In this document: positions 8,206 to 16,773 of the stretch, one piece after another
How the letters are laid out: every line of letters begins with the position of its first letter
How positions within the stretch are numbered: the stretch's first letter is position 1
Assembly: GCF_003611685.1 (NCBI RefSeq)
Contig: NZ_RAWC01000041.1
Location: forward strand, 1-53,140
DNA from: Corallococcus sp. CA049B
GTDB lineage: Bacteria; Myxococcota; Myxococcia; Myxococcales; Myxococcaceae
Direction of reading: 5' to 3'
Length of the DNA stretch: 53,140 nucleotides
The notes under the pieces: generated by a model
The model's input: the letters and a program-made list of their open reading frames with translations, nothing else
Databases searched by the model: none
What the model was told of the DNA's origin: nothing
Program-made: the position numbers and the translations under genes

Positions 8206-9807
8206 GTGACCGTCTCCAATATCCGCATCAAGTCGGGTGACACGCTTACCGGGCTCGCGAAGCGCTACAACACGACCGTCGACGCGCTGGCCAAGGCGAA
8301 CAACATCAAGGATCCGAACAAGATCCAGGCCGGCAAGACGCTGAAGGTGCAGGACGGCTTCGACACGAAGGGCACCACGAAGTCGAGCGCGGGGACGAAG
8401 ACGTCGGGTGACAGCTTCACGCAGGCCACCGACGGCGCGAAGGCGACGACGCCCGCGACGAACACGTCCTCCAGCAGCGCGGCCAGCGGGGAGCTGGGCG
8501 GGCTGAGCCGCAAGTACGAGGCGCGCGGCCCCGGCACCGTGTCCACGGGCAAGGGTGACAAGGGCGGCGTGTCCTACGGCTCCTACCAGTTCGCCTCCGC
8601 GAACGGGTCCGCGCAGTCGTTCGTCAACTCGCTGAAGAAGACGCACCCGGAGTTCCACCAGGCGCTGTCGGGCAGCAAGCCGGGCTCCGCGCAGTTCTCC
8701 GCCGCGTGGAAGCAGCTGGCGGCGAAGGACCCGAAGGGCTTCGACAAGGCGCAGCACGACTACATCAAGGCCACGCACTACGACAAGGGCGCCGCCAACA
8801 TCAAGAGTGCGACGGGCATCGACCTGGACAAGCGCTCCGCGGCGCTGCGGGACGTGGCCTGGTCCACCTCCGTGCAGCACGGCCCGGGCAAGGCGGATGA
8901 CATCTTCAAGAAGGCGCTGGCCGGGCGCGACCCCTCGAAGGTGAGCGACGAGCAGCTCATCAAGGACATCTACGCCGAGCGCGGCCGCACCAACGGCAAC
9001 GGCACCCTGGTGCACTTCTCCGGCAGCTCCAAGGACGTGCAGAAGGGCGTGGCCAACCGCTTCAAGTCGGAGGCGAAGGACGCGCTCGCGATGCTGAAGC
9101 AGGAGAAGTCGGGCGCCACGACGAAGCCGGCCAACACCAACACGGGCGTGGTCCCCCCGTCCGTGAGCGGCGACTCGAAGCCGGGCCGCACGGAAGGCCA
9201 GGGCACGAACACGTCCAAGCCCACCACGGAGGCGGCCCCCGCGAACACGGAGCAGGTGGCCCCGTCCAAGGACAAGCCGGCGGTGCACGTGAAGGTGCCG
9301 TACTACAGCCAGTTCGAGAACGGCCACGGCTACACCGCGAGCGACACGGCGTGCTTCAAGGCCGCGACGGCCATGTCGCGCGACGCGGGCGCGACCGTGC
9401 TGGGCCCCGACCGCCGCATCCAGGTGGGCACCAGCGAGAACGGCGTCGGCGCGCTGAAGGTGGACTCGAAGAAGGCCGCCGAGGGCCGCAACTACATCGA
9501 CAAGCAGCTGGAGGCCGGCAAGCCGGTGGTCGTGGGCGTGAGCCACAAGGACGCGAGCTACAACGCGGACGGCCTCACGGACCACTTCGTGACCATCACG
9601 GGCCGCGGCGTCGACGAGAAGGGCCGCACCTACTACACGTTCCACGACCCGGGCACGAAGAACGCCAGCACGGGCAAGGACACGAACCCGAACAACCGCT
9701 TCTACGTGGATGACAAGACCGGGAACATGTACCGCCCCGGCAAGGCCGCGAACGGCTACGTGACGGAGCGCCACTACGACGTGGCCATGGTGCGCCGCAA
9801 CGCGTAG
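8206..9807 (+). CDS. LysM-domain protein with a central lysozyme/transglycosylase-like region and a C-terminal C39-like (papain-fold) cysteine peptidase domain; putative cell-wall hydrolase or effector
   Basis: The N-terminal LysM domain reads [41 protein letters not shown]. Low-complexity Thr/Ser/Lys linkers separate the domains. The C-terminus has [27 protein letters not shown]...[12 protein letters not shown]...[10 protein letters not shown]...TFHDPG, a Cys-His-Asp C39_2-like pattern. There is no N-terminal signal peptide. Confidence 0.75.
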   Translation: MTVSNIRIKSGDTLTGLAKRYNTTVDALAKANNIKDPNKIQAGKTLKVQDGFDTKGTTKSSAGTKTSGDSFTQATDGAKATTPATNTSSSSAASGELGGLSRKYEARGPGTVSTGKGDKGGVSYGSYQFASANGSAQSFVNSLKKTHPEFHQALSGSKPGSAQFSAAWKQLAAKDPKGFDKAQHDYIKATHYDKGAANIKSATGIDLDKRSAALRDVAWSTSVQHGPGKADDIFKKALAGRDPSKVSDEQLIKDIYAERGRTNGNGTLVHFSGSSKDVQKGVANRFKSEAKDALAMLKQEKSGATTKPANTNTGVVPPSVSGDSKPGRTEGQGTNTSKPTTEAAPANTEQVAPSKDKPAVHVKVPYYSQFENGHGYTASDTACFKAATAMSRDAGATVLGPDRRIQVGTSENGVGALKVDSKKAAEGRNYIDKQLEAGKPVVVGVSHKDASYNADGLTDHFVTITGRGVDEKGRTYYTFHDPGTKNASTGKDTNPNNRFYVDDKTGNMYRPGKAANGYVTERHYDVAMVRRNA

Positions 9808-9841
9808 TCCCTGGCGCAAGGCAGCCCTCCGGAAGTGCTTC

Positions 9842-9875
9842 GGCCCGGCGACCTCGTGAGGAGGTCGACCGGGCC
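9842..9875. terminator. Hairpin between the convergent LysM-peptidase gene and phhA
   Basis: ggcccggcgacctc pairs with gaggtcgaccgggcc (a 13-14 bp stem with one bulge) around the loop gtgag. Confidence 0.45.
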
Positions 9876-9912
9876 GTTGCACGTCATCCGTCTGTGATTC
9901 GAAGCGACGGCC

Positions 9913-11508
9913 CTACGCGTGCGCCGCCTCGCGCCGCGCGGGCACCTCGCCGCGCAGCTCCGCGACCTCGGCGCGCAGGAGCCAGTCGGACGGGAAGTCC
10001 GTGCTCGCCCGGGCGATCTGCTCCAGCCGCTCGGGGGCCAGCTGCCCCGCCTCGCGGATGCGGCGCACCTCCGTGTAGAGGGCGGCCAGCGACGGGGGCA
10101 GGGCCTGCGCCTTGCGCTCGCGCGCCTGGGCCTCGCCGTCGCCCGCGGTGAAGGCGTCCAGCTCCCCGAACCACTCGTCCCACGTGCCCGGGTCGGCGGG
10201 GCCGCCCGCCACGGACGGCAGCCGCTCCGTCAGGTACAGGCGCGCCATGGACGGCAGCGTCAGCTCCTGGCCGGCCAGCGTGCCGCGCAGGGCAATCACC
10301 TCGCCGCCGCCCACCGCGAAGCCCTCCAGCACCAGCCCGCTGTCGAGCGTGAGCTGGAAGCTCCCGCGCTCCGGCAGGGTGCCCTGGCCAAAGGCGACCA
10401 GCGCCGCGCCGCTGAACGGCTTGTCCACGGCGTGCCCGTTCACGGACGTGAGGATGGGGCCCTCCAGCCGGGCCAGCGCGGTGGACAGGCCCGGGGCCAC
10501 GTCCTTCGCGGCGGGCAGCAGCTCCACGACCTTGCCCGTCACCTCGCGGCCGTCCGCGAGCACCAGGTGGTTGACCGTGCGCGCGCGCAGCGCCTCGTTC
10601 AGGCCGTGGTCCCCGCCGCGCTTCCACGCGAGCGTGGACTCGAACTCCGCCAGGACTTCGAAGAGGTGTTCAAAGTCGCGCGCCACGAAGAGCTGCGGCT
10701 GCATGCGGGTGATGTCGTAGTCCGTGTCCGCGCACGCCACGCCCAGGGGCAGCTTGTGCACGGCGGACGTCAGGCAGTGCCGGGCCTCGCCGATGCTGGA
10801 CAGCAGGCCCGCGCCGTAGATGCGCGGGTGCTTCAGGTCGCCAATCAGCCCGTACTCCGCGGTCCACCAGTACAGGCGGCTCGCGCGGGTGCTCTCGCTG
10901 ATGTAGCGGTGACTGGCGTTCGCGGCCTCCAGGCGGGCCTGGGCGTGGGCGATCTCTTCTTCCGTCGCGGTGGGGTCCTCCTTCACCACGGAGAGGTTGC
11001 GGATGGCCTCGAAGACGGCCTGGTCCTCCACGCTGGCGATGGCCTTGAAGCCCACCAGCCCCACGGCCTTGAGGTACTGGGCATACCGCGCGTTGGCGAT
11101 GATGGGCGCGTGGCCCGCGCTCTCATGGACGATGTCCGGCGCGGGCGTGTACTGGATGTGCTCGTGCGTGCGGATGTCCGCCGCGATGGCCAGCACGCCC
11201 AGCGCCTGTAGCTCCGTGAAGACGGCCGGCGGGATGAAGCCGCGCACCGCCACGCAGGCCCAGCCCAGCTTGGACAGCTTCTCGTTCATCTCGTCCAGGC
11301 TGGGGATGGCCTCCGCGCCAATACCCGTGGCCTCCAGGCCCTCCAGGTAGACGGGGTGCGCCTTGTCGCTCAGGTGCTCGCGCAGCTGCCCCAGGATGTG
11401 CCGCCACACCGCCTGATCCCGGGGCGTGTACGCCGCGTAGTCCTGGCTCACCACGTAGCGGCGCAGGTGGGCGGGAAGGCGGGCAATGGTCCGTTCCGTG
11501 GGCGTCAT
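9913..11508 (-). CDS. phhA: Phenylalanine-4-hydroxylase (biopterin-dependent aromatic amino acid hydroxylase) with a roughly 230-aa C-terminal extension
   Basis: The start is MTPTERTIARLPAHLRRYVVSQDYAAYTPRDQAVW, preceded by AAGGAG. The core motifs PDIVHESAGHAPI and YWWTAEYGLIG are present. The first ATG of the six-frame ORF lies upstream and lacks an RBS. Confidence 0.8.
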   Translation of the reverse strand: MTPTERTIARLPAHLRRYVVSQDYAAYTPRDQAVWRHILGQLREHLSDKAHPVYLEGLEATGIGAEAIPSLDEMNEKLSKLGWACVAVRGFIPPAVFTELQALGVLAIAADIRTHEHIQYTPAPDIVHESAGHAPIIANARYAQYLKAVGLVGFKAIASVEDQAVFEAIRNLSVVKEDPTATEEEIAHAQARLEAANASHRYISESTRASRLYWWTAEYGLIGDLKHPRIYGAGLLSSIGEARHCLTSAVHKLPLGVACADTDYDITRMQPQLFVARDFEHLFEVLAEFESTLAWKRGGDHGLNEALRARTVNHLVLADGREVTGKVVELLPAAKDVAPGLSTALARLEGPILTSVNGHAVDKPFSGAALVAFGQGTLPERGSFQLTLDSGLVLEGFAVGGGEVIALRGTLAGQELTLPSMARLYLTERLPSVAGGPADPGTWDEWFGELDAFTAGDGEAQARERKAQALPPSLAALYTEVRRIREAGQLAPERLEQIARASTDFPSDWLLRAEVAELRGEVPARREAAHA

Positions 11509-11601
11509 CGCGGGCGGCTCCTTCTGGAGAAACAGGACTCCTGAAGAATACGCATGACGCTGCAAGACGGAAATCCGGCAGAATTCGACGTCTTCGTCGG
11601 A

Positions 11602-12522
11602 TTATCGCCGTTTCCCCAGGCGACGACGCACCCCGTCGAGGATGGCCTGGACGGCGGGGCTGAGGCCGCCGGAGGGCCACACGGCCACGACCTCCACCAC
11701 CTGGGGCTCCCGTTCGCGCAGGGGCCAGACGTGGAGGTCCGCCGGGAAGGGCTGGGTGGGGCGCACGTCCGGGGCGATGGTGCAGGCCTTGTAGGCGCGC
11801 AGCAGCTCGTAGAGGTGGAGGAAGCTCTCCACCCGGCCGACCTCGGTGACGGAGACGCCGTGCGCGGCGAAGCGCGCGCTGTTGGCGCCGCCGTAGGGGT
11901 CGTCCCGCAGCCAGTCCACGAAGCGCTGACCCTGGAGATCCTTCACGTCCAGGGAGCGGCGGGAGGCGTGCGTCCGGGCGAGCGCGGAGTCAGGGCCCGC
12001 GATGACGACGAAGGACATGCGCAGCAGGGACTCGGTGTCCACGCCCTCGTGTGGGGGCAGGGGGGTGAAGTCGAGCGCCAGGTCCTGCTGCCGCGTCTGC
12101 ACCTGCCGCATGAGCTCGTGCGAGCCGCCGAAGCCCACCACCAGCTTGAGGTCGGCGGCGGCGGCGTCCTGCGCGATGCCGCCCAACAGCGACATGGACA
12201 GCGTGGGGTTGAGGCCCAGGCGCAGGGTGGGCTCCACGCGGGCCAGGTCCATCAGCCGCTTCACGTCCAGCTGGTGCAGCGGCGTCTGGGTGCCCGCGTA
12301 GAGGCGCTCGCCGCGCGCGGACAGTTGCAGGCGCCGGCCCGGCCCCCGCTCCAGCAGGGCGGCGCCATCCGCGAGCGCCTCCTCCAGGGCGCGGATGTGC
12401 TCGCTCACGACGGAGCGGGCGACGCCCAGGTGCTCCGCGGCGGCGTCGATGCTGCCGGCCTCCACGGCGGCGGTGAAGGACTCGAGCCAGACCAGGTGCC
12501 GCTGGAGCTTGCGCGGGGGCAT
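11602..12522 (-). CDS. LysR-family transcriptional regulator
   Basis: An N-terminal HTH (LQRHLVWLESFTAAVEAGSIDAAAEHLGVARSVVSEHIRALE) is followed by a LysR substrate-binding domain. Confidence 0.85.
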   Translation of the reverse strand: MPPRKLQRHLVWLESFTAAVEAGSIDAAAEHLGVARSVVSEHIRALEEALADGAALLERGPGRRLQLSARGERLYAGTQTPLHQLDVKRLMDLARVEPTLRLGLNPTLSMSLLGGIAQDAAAADLKLVVGFGGSHELMRQVQTRQQDLALDFTPLPPHEGVDTESLLRMSFVVIAGPDSALARTHASRRSLDVKDLQGQRFVDWLRDDPYGGANSARFAAHGVSVTEVGRVESFLHLYELLRAYKACTIAPDVRPTQPFPADLHVWPLREREPQVVEVVAVWPSGGLSPAVQAILDGVRRRLGKRR

Positions 12523-12537
12523 GGGGCCTGAGGCGCG

Positions 12538-13368
12538 CTAGAGGAAGAAGTCGGGCAGGAGCTCCGCGCCGGGGACGGACTGGTACTTGTCCAGGTCGGT
12601 GATGCCGGCGGCGCGCAGCACCTCATCGTCGATGCAGAAGTTGCCGGTGAAGGAGCGGCTGGGCTTGGTGAGGATGGTGTACGCGGCGTCCGCCATGATC
12701 TCCGGCTTGCGGCTGCCCTTGATGGTGTCGTCACCGCCCAGCAGGTTCTGCACGGCGGCGGTGGCGATGACGGTGCGGGGCCACAGCGTGTTGACGGCGA
12801 TGCCGTCGTCCTTCAGCTCCTCCGCCATGCCTAGCGCGCACAGGCTCATGCCGTACTTCGCGATGGTGTAGGCCACGTGCGGGCCGAACCAGCGCGGCTC
12901 CATGTTGAGCGGCGGCGAGTTGTTGAGGATGTGCGGGTTGGAGGACTTCTTGAGGTACGGGATGCACGCCTGCGAGCACGCGAAGGTGCCGCGCGTGTTG
13001 ATGCCGTGCATCAGGTCGAAGCGCTTGAGCGGCGTGTCCAGCGTGCCGGTGAGGCTGATGGCGCTGGCGTTGTTCACCAGGATGTCAATGCCGCCGAAGG
13101 TCTCCACGGCCTTGGCGACGGCGGCGTGGATCTGCGCCTCGTCGCGGATGTCCACCACGCACGGGAGGGCCTTGCCGCCGGCCTCTTCAATCTCCTTCGC
13201 CGCCGTGTAGATGGTGCCGGGCAGCTTGGGGTGCGGGTCCGTGGTCTTCGCCGCGATGACGATGTTGGCGCCGTCACGGGCCGCGCGCAGCGCGATGGCC
13301 TTGCCGATGCCGCGGCTGGCGCCGGTGATGAAGAGGGTCTTGCCTTGGAGGTTGGACATGGGCCGCAT
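12538..13368 (-). CDS. Short-chain dehydrogenase/reductase (SDR) family oxidoreductase
   Basis: The sequence has the TGASRGIGKAIAL Rossmann motif, NNAS, and the YxxxK catalytic motif (YTIAKYG). Confidence 0.85.
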   Translation of the reverse strand: MRPMSNLQGKTLFITGASRGIGKAIALRAARDGANIVIAAKTTDPHPKLPGTIYTAAKEIEEAGGKALPCVVDIRDEAQIHAAVAKAVETFGGIDILVNNASAISLTGTLDTPLKRFDLMHGINTRGTFACSQACIPYLKKSSNPHILNNSPPLNMEPRWFGPHVAYTIAKYGMSLCALGMAEELKDDGIAVNTLWPRTVIATAAVQNLLGGDDTIKGSRKPEIMADAAYTILTKPSRSFTGNFCIDDEVLRAAGITDLDKYQSVPGAELLPDFFL

Positions 13369-13466
13369 CCTCGCTCAATCGCGCGGCGCCGCAATGCCCG
13401 GAGCGGCCGGACCCGGCTGGGACCGGCCGCTCGTCGACAGAGCTTCAGCGGAGTTTCAGGTGGGCT

Positions 13467-15812
13467 TCAGGGGCTCGCGGGCGTGTAGACGAGCACGGCG
13501 CTGACGCTCCCAGGGGTGTCCCGGTCCCAACCGCCGATGAAGAGCACCTTGCCGTTGGGCAGCACGGTGGCGGCCATGGAGTAGCGGTTGGACGCCATGC
13601 TGGTGGAGAACGCGGAAGTGCCCGTCGCCAGGTCGAAGACCTCCGTCGTCAGGCCCAACGTGGAATTTCCGCCCGCGAGCAGCAGCTTGCCGGAGTTCAG
13701 CTGGACCAGGGAGGAGTTGGCACGCTCGTAGGTGAAGTGGCCCAGCGTGGCCTGGACGTTGAGCACCGGGTCGTACGTCGCGACCAACGTCCCGTCCACC
13801 AGGACGACCTTGCCAGACTGCTGGAGGAATGCGTCCGTGAAGGTCCGCGTCGTCAGGCCGGTGGCGATGCTCCAGGTATTGTTGGACGGATCGTAGATCT
13901 CCGCCGGCAGGCTACCGCCCAGGACGAGCACCTTTCCCGAGGGCAGCAGCACCGCGCGGTGGCTCGACCGGGGGTGAGTCGGGCTCGCGACCGGTACCCA
14001 GCTGTTCGTGGCGGGGTCGTAGAGCTCCACGACGCGGTTGCTGACGCTGTCACCGGAATTGATGCCGCCGACGGCCAGGACCTTGCCGTTAAGCAGCAGG
14101 GTCGTGGTGTGGGCTCCGCGCGCGTAGGCCATCTGCGGGCCCGCCGTCCAGGTGTTGGTCGCGGGATCGTAGAACTCCACGGCGCGCAGCGGGGTGGTGG
14201 CCGAGTACGACGCGAAGCCGCCCGTGACCATGACCTTACCGGAGGGCAGCAGCGTCACCGCGGGGTTGTAGTGCGAGGTGCCCAGCGTTCCAGCGGAAGA
14301 CCAGGTGGCCGTCGCGGGATCGTAGAGCTCCGCGGTGCCCAGGATGGGGTTGGAGCTCACCGTCCCGCCGAAGACGAGGATCTTCCCGGAGGGCAGGGCG
14401 ATGAGGCTCGCGCCAAAGCGGCGCTGCGTCAGGCTGGCCGTCAAGTCCCACCGCGCGACCGTCGTGGGCGGCGTGCACGCGGGGGCGTTCTGCACCGCCA
14501 CGGTGAAGGCCTGGGACGCGGAGAAGCCCTGCGCGTTGGTGACGGTGGCGGTGACGGTCGCGTTCCCGCCCGTGGGCGCGCAGGTGGGGGCCTTCCAGGA
14601 AATCTCGCTGGAGGTGAAACCCGACACGGGCGTCGCCAGCGTGCCCGTGCTCGAGGCCCAGTTGAAGGTGAGGGCGCCACCGTTGCCGTCCTCCGCGAGG
14701 ACGCGGAACGTCACGGTGCTGTCGCCCACCACGGACGCGCTGCTCTGGTGCGCGAGGACGATGCGCGGGGGGACGTTGGCGCTCGCGCCGTCGCCCACGC
14801 AGATGCGCAGGGTGCCTTGCGTCTGTCCGCCCTTCGGGTCCTTCACGGTGACGGTGAGCGCGCAGTTGCCGCACGAGTCGCCAGCGGGCACGGCGGTCGG
14901 GGTGAAGGAGGCGATGCTGGAGGTGTCATCCGCCCAGGTGCCCGCGCAGGACGCGGCCCACTGGTAGGTCAGCGCGTCGCCGTCCGGATCCGTCACGTCC
15001 GCGGTGACGGTGGTGCTCTGGCCCACGGGCACGGGGGACCGGGACGCGGTGACGCGGGTGACGGCGGGGGAGATGTTGAACGTGACGGACACCTCCGCGG
15101 TGCCGGCCGTGGTGCCGCCGTCCTTGGAGATGACCGTGATGTCGATGCGGATGGTCGCCGTGGCGCCGCGCGAGTCGGTGACCGTCAGCGTCAGCGCGTA
15201 CACGCCCGGGGTCGCGGGGGCCGTCCAGGTCGTCGACGTGAGCGTGGGCGAACCGAAGGTGCCCTCCGCCGCCGTCCAGGCGTACGTGAGGGTGTCGGAC
15301 GCGTCCGGATCATGCGCCGTGGCCTGGAGGGAGAGGGTGCCCCCGGGGAGGACGGCGCTCGCGGACGCCACGAGCGAGTCGATGCACGGGGCCGAGTTGT
15401 CGAACGGGCCCGGGACATCCAGCGCCTGGAGGGTGATGGCCACGATGGAGGTGGCGCCCGCGGTGATGGTGACGTCCGAGGCCACGCCCCGGTAGCGCAG
15501 GGCGCCGTCCGCGGCGAAGGCCTCCGCGGTGAAGGTGCGCTGGGTGCCGGCGGGCACCTGGTACATGGTGCCGCTCCAGCCCTCCGTGCCCTTCGTGAGC
15601 ACGGTGGTGGCGGAAGGCACGCCGGACGCCGTCAGCGTGACGGTCACGCGGGTGATCTCATCGCCCGCGAGCGCCTGGGGAACCGCGCTGACGAACCGGA
15701 CGTTGCCGGTCTCCCGCTCCGGTTCGCCACCCGTGTCGCAGGCCGTGACAGAAATGACAGCGCTGATTAATGCGTAAAACAAAACCCGAGACAGAGTGGC
15801 TTGTCGGCGCAT
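13467..15812 (-). CDS. Large lipoprotein with multiple Ig-like (PKD/Big) domains and a C-terminal Kelch-type beta-propeller
   Basis: The start is MRRQATLSRVLFYALISAVISVTAC (lipobox) at 15812. Repeated Thr-rich Ig-like segments follow. The C-terminus has repeated LLPSGKVLV.GG and TWS..A... Kelch blades. Confidence 0.75.
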   Translation of the reverse strand: MRRQATLSRVLFYALISAVISVTACDTGGEPERETGNVRFVSAVPQALAGDEITRVTVTLTASGVPSATTVLTKGTEGWSGTMYQVPAGTQRTFTAEAFAADGALRYRGVASDVTITAGATSIVAITLQALDVPGPFDNSAPCIDSLVASASAVLPGGTLSLQATAHDPDASDTLTYAWTAAEGTFGSPTLTSTTWTAPATPGVYALTLTVTDSRGATATIRIDITVISKDGGTTAGTAEVSVTFNISPAVTRVTASRSPVPVGQSTTVTADVTDPDGDALTYQWAASCAGTWADDTSSIASFTPTAVPAGDSCGNCALTVTVKDPKGGQTQGTLRICVGDGASANVPPRIVLAHQSSASVVGDSTVTFRVLAEDGNGGALTFNWASSTGTLATPVSGFTSSEISWKAPTCAPTGGNATVTATVTNAQGFSASQAFTVAVQNAPACTPPTTVARWDLTASLTQRRFGASLIALPSGKILVFGGTVSSNPILGTAELYDPATATWSSAGTLGTSHYNPAVTLLPSGKVMVTGGFASYSATTPLRAVEFYDPATNTWTAGPQMAYARGAHTTTLLLNGKVLAVGGINSGDSVSNRVVELYDPATNSWVPVASPTHPRSSHRAVLLPSGKVLVLGGSLPAEIYDPSNNTWSIATGLTTRTFTDAFLQQSGKVVLVDGTLVATYDPVLNVQATLGHFTYERANSSLVQLNSGKLLLAGGNSTLGLTTEVFDLATGTSAFSTSMASNRYSMAATVLPNGKVLFIGGWDRDTPGSVSAVLVYTPASP

Positions 15813-15974
15813 CGCACCTTCCTGGGGCAGTGAGAGGAAAGGGCGATCTATCAGGTTGAAAACATGAAGACAGACGTGTTGTGAGATTTTGGGGTGTCTG
15901 TCCAAACCCGATCGGGGTCTATGACTACCCCACGGAGGGGAGCCGCGTGGGCTCCCCTCGTCCAGGCGGGGTTG

Positions 15975-16611
15975 CTACCAGGTGATGCAGGTGACGGTTT
16001 CGAGCAGGGTCACGTTGGCGTTGCCGGTGGTGTTCCAGTTGCCCACGCCGTTCGTGCCCACGATGTACGTATAGGCGGAGCCGCGGATGGCGGTGGTGAA
16101 GCTGCGCACGTTGACGTGGCCCAGGTCCTGGCAGAAGCGGCGGGCGGTATCCACCGGCGTGCTGAAGTTGCCGGACGGGTAGTTGGGCTGGATGGTGCCG
16201 ATCTGGTAGCCGTTGACCTTCGGCGTCGTGTACGTGACGTCCGCGGGGGAGGGGGACGTGGAGGTGACGCAGGTGATGCTCTCCAGCATGGTCACGTTGG
16301 AGTTGCCGGTGGTGTTCCAGGGGCCCACGCCATTCGTGCCAACGATGTACGTGTACGAGGCGCTCCGGATGGCGGTGGTGAAGCCTTGCGCGCCGGTGTG
16401 GCCCTGATCCTGACAGAAGCGGCGGGCGGTGTCCGCGGCGCTGCTGAAGTTCCCGGTGGGCTGGCTGGGGAGGACGGTTCCAATCTGAAAGCCATTGACC
16501 GTGGGCACCACGTAGGTCTGGTAGGTGTCAGCGCTGGCCGGCGACGCGAAGCCCACGACGAAAAGCAGGGACACGAAGAGGGAGGGGAGACCGCTGTTGC
16601 GACGAGACATG
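15975..16611 (-). CDS. Secreted protein made of two tandem roughly 90-aa repeats (unknown fold, 2 Cys per repeat)
   Basis: The start MSRRNSGLPSLFVSLLFVVGFASPASA is a signal peptide preceded by AGGAAG. The repeats YVVPTVNGFQIGTV...TARRFCQDQGH...YTYIVGTNGVGPWNTTGNSNVTMLESITC and TTPKVNGYQIGTI...TARRFCQDLGH...YTYIVGTNGVGNWNTTGNANVTLLETVTC are about 75% identical. Confidence 0.65.
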
Positions 16612-16773
16612 TTCTTCCTCGGTTTGTAGCTGAAGCGGGGGGATCTGGACCGTAGCGGCTCGCTGGGTTGAACGCACTGATTCACGGACCTGGAGACATC
16701 TCGAGACTGCTGTGAGTGCGGGTCGAGCCATAGGCCCGGTGCGCGACTTGCGCATGGTCTACGCTGCGCCCCC

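Noticed and set aside
6475-9882. A 1135-aa minus-strand ORF spanning mvp, the secreted gene and the LysM gene
   Set aside because: The translation is an R/G/A/L low-complexity artefact. It overlaps three well-supported genes in other frames and strands.
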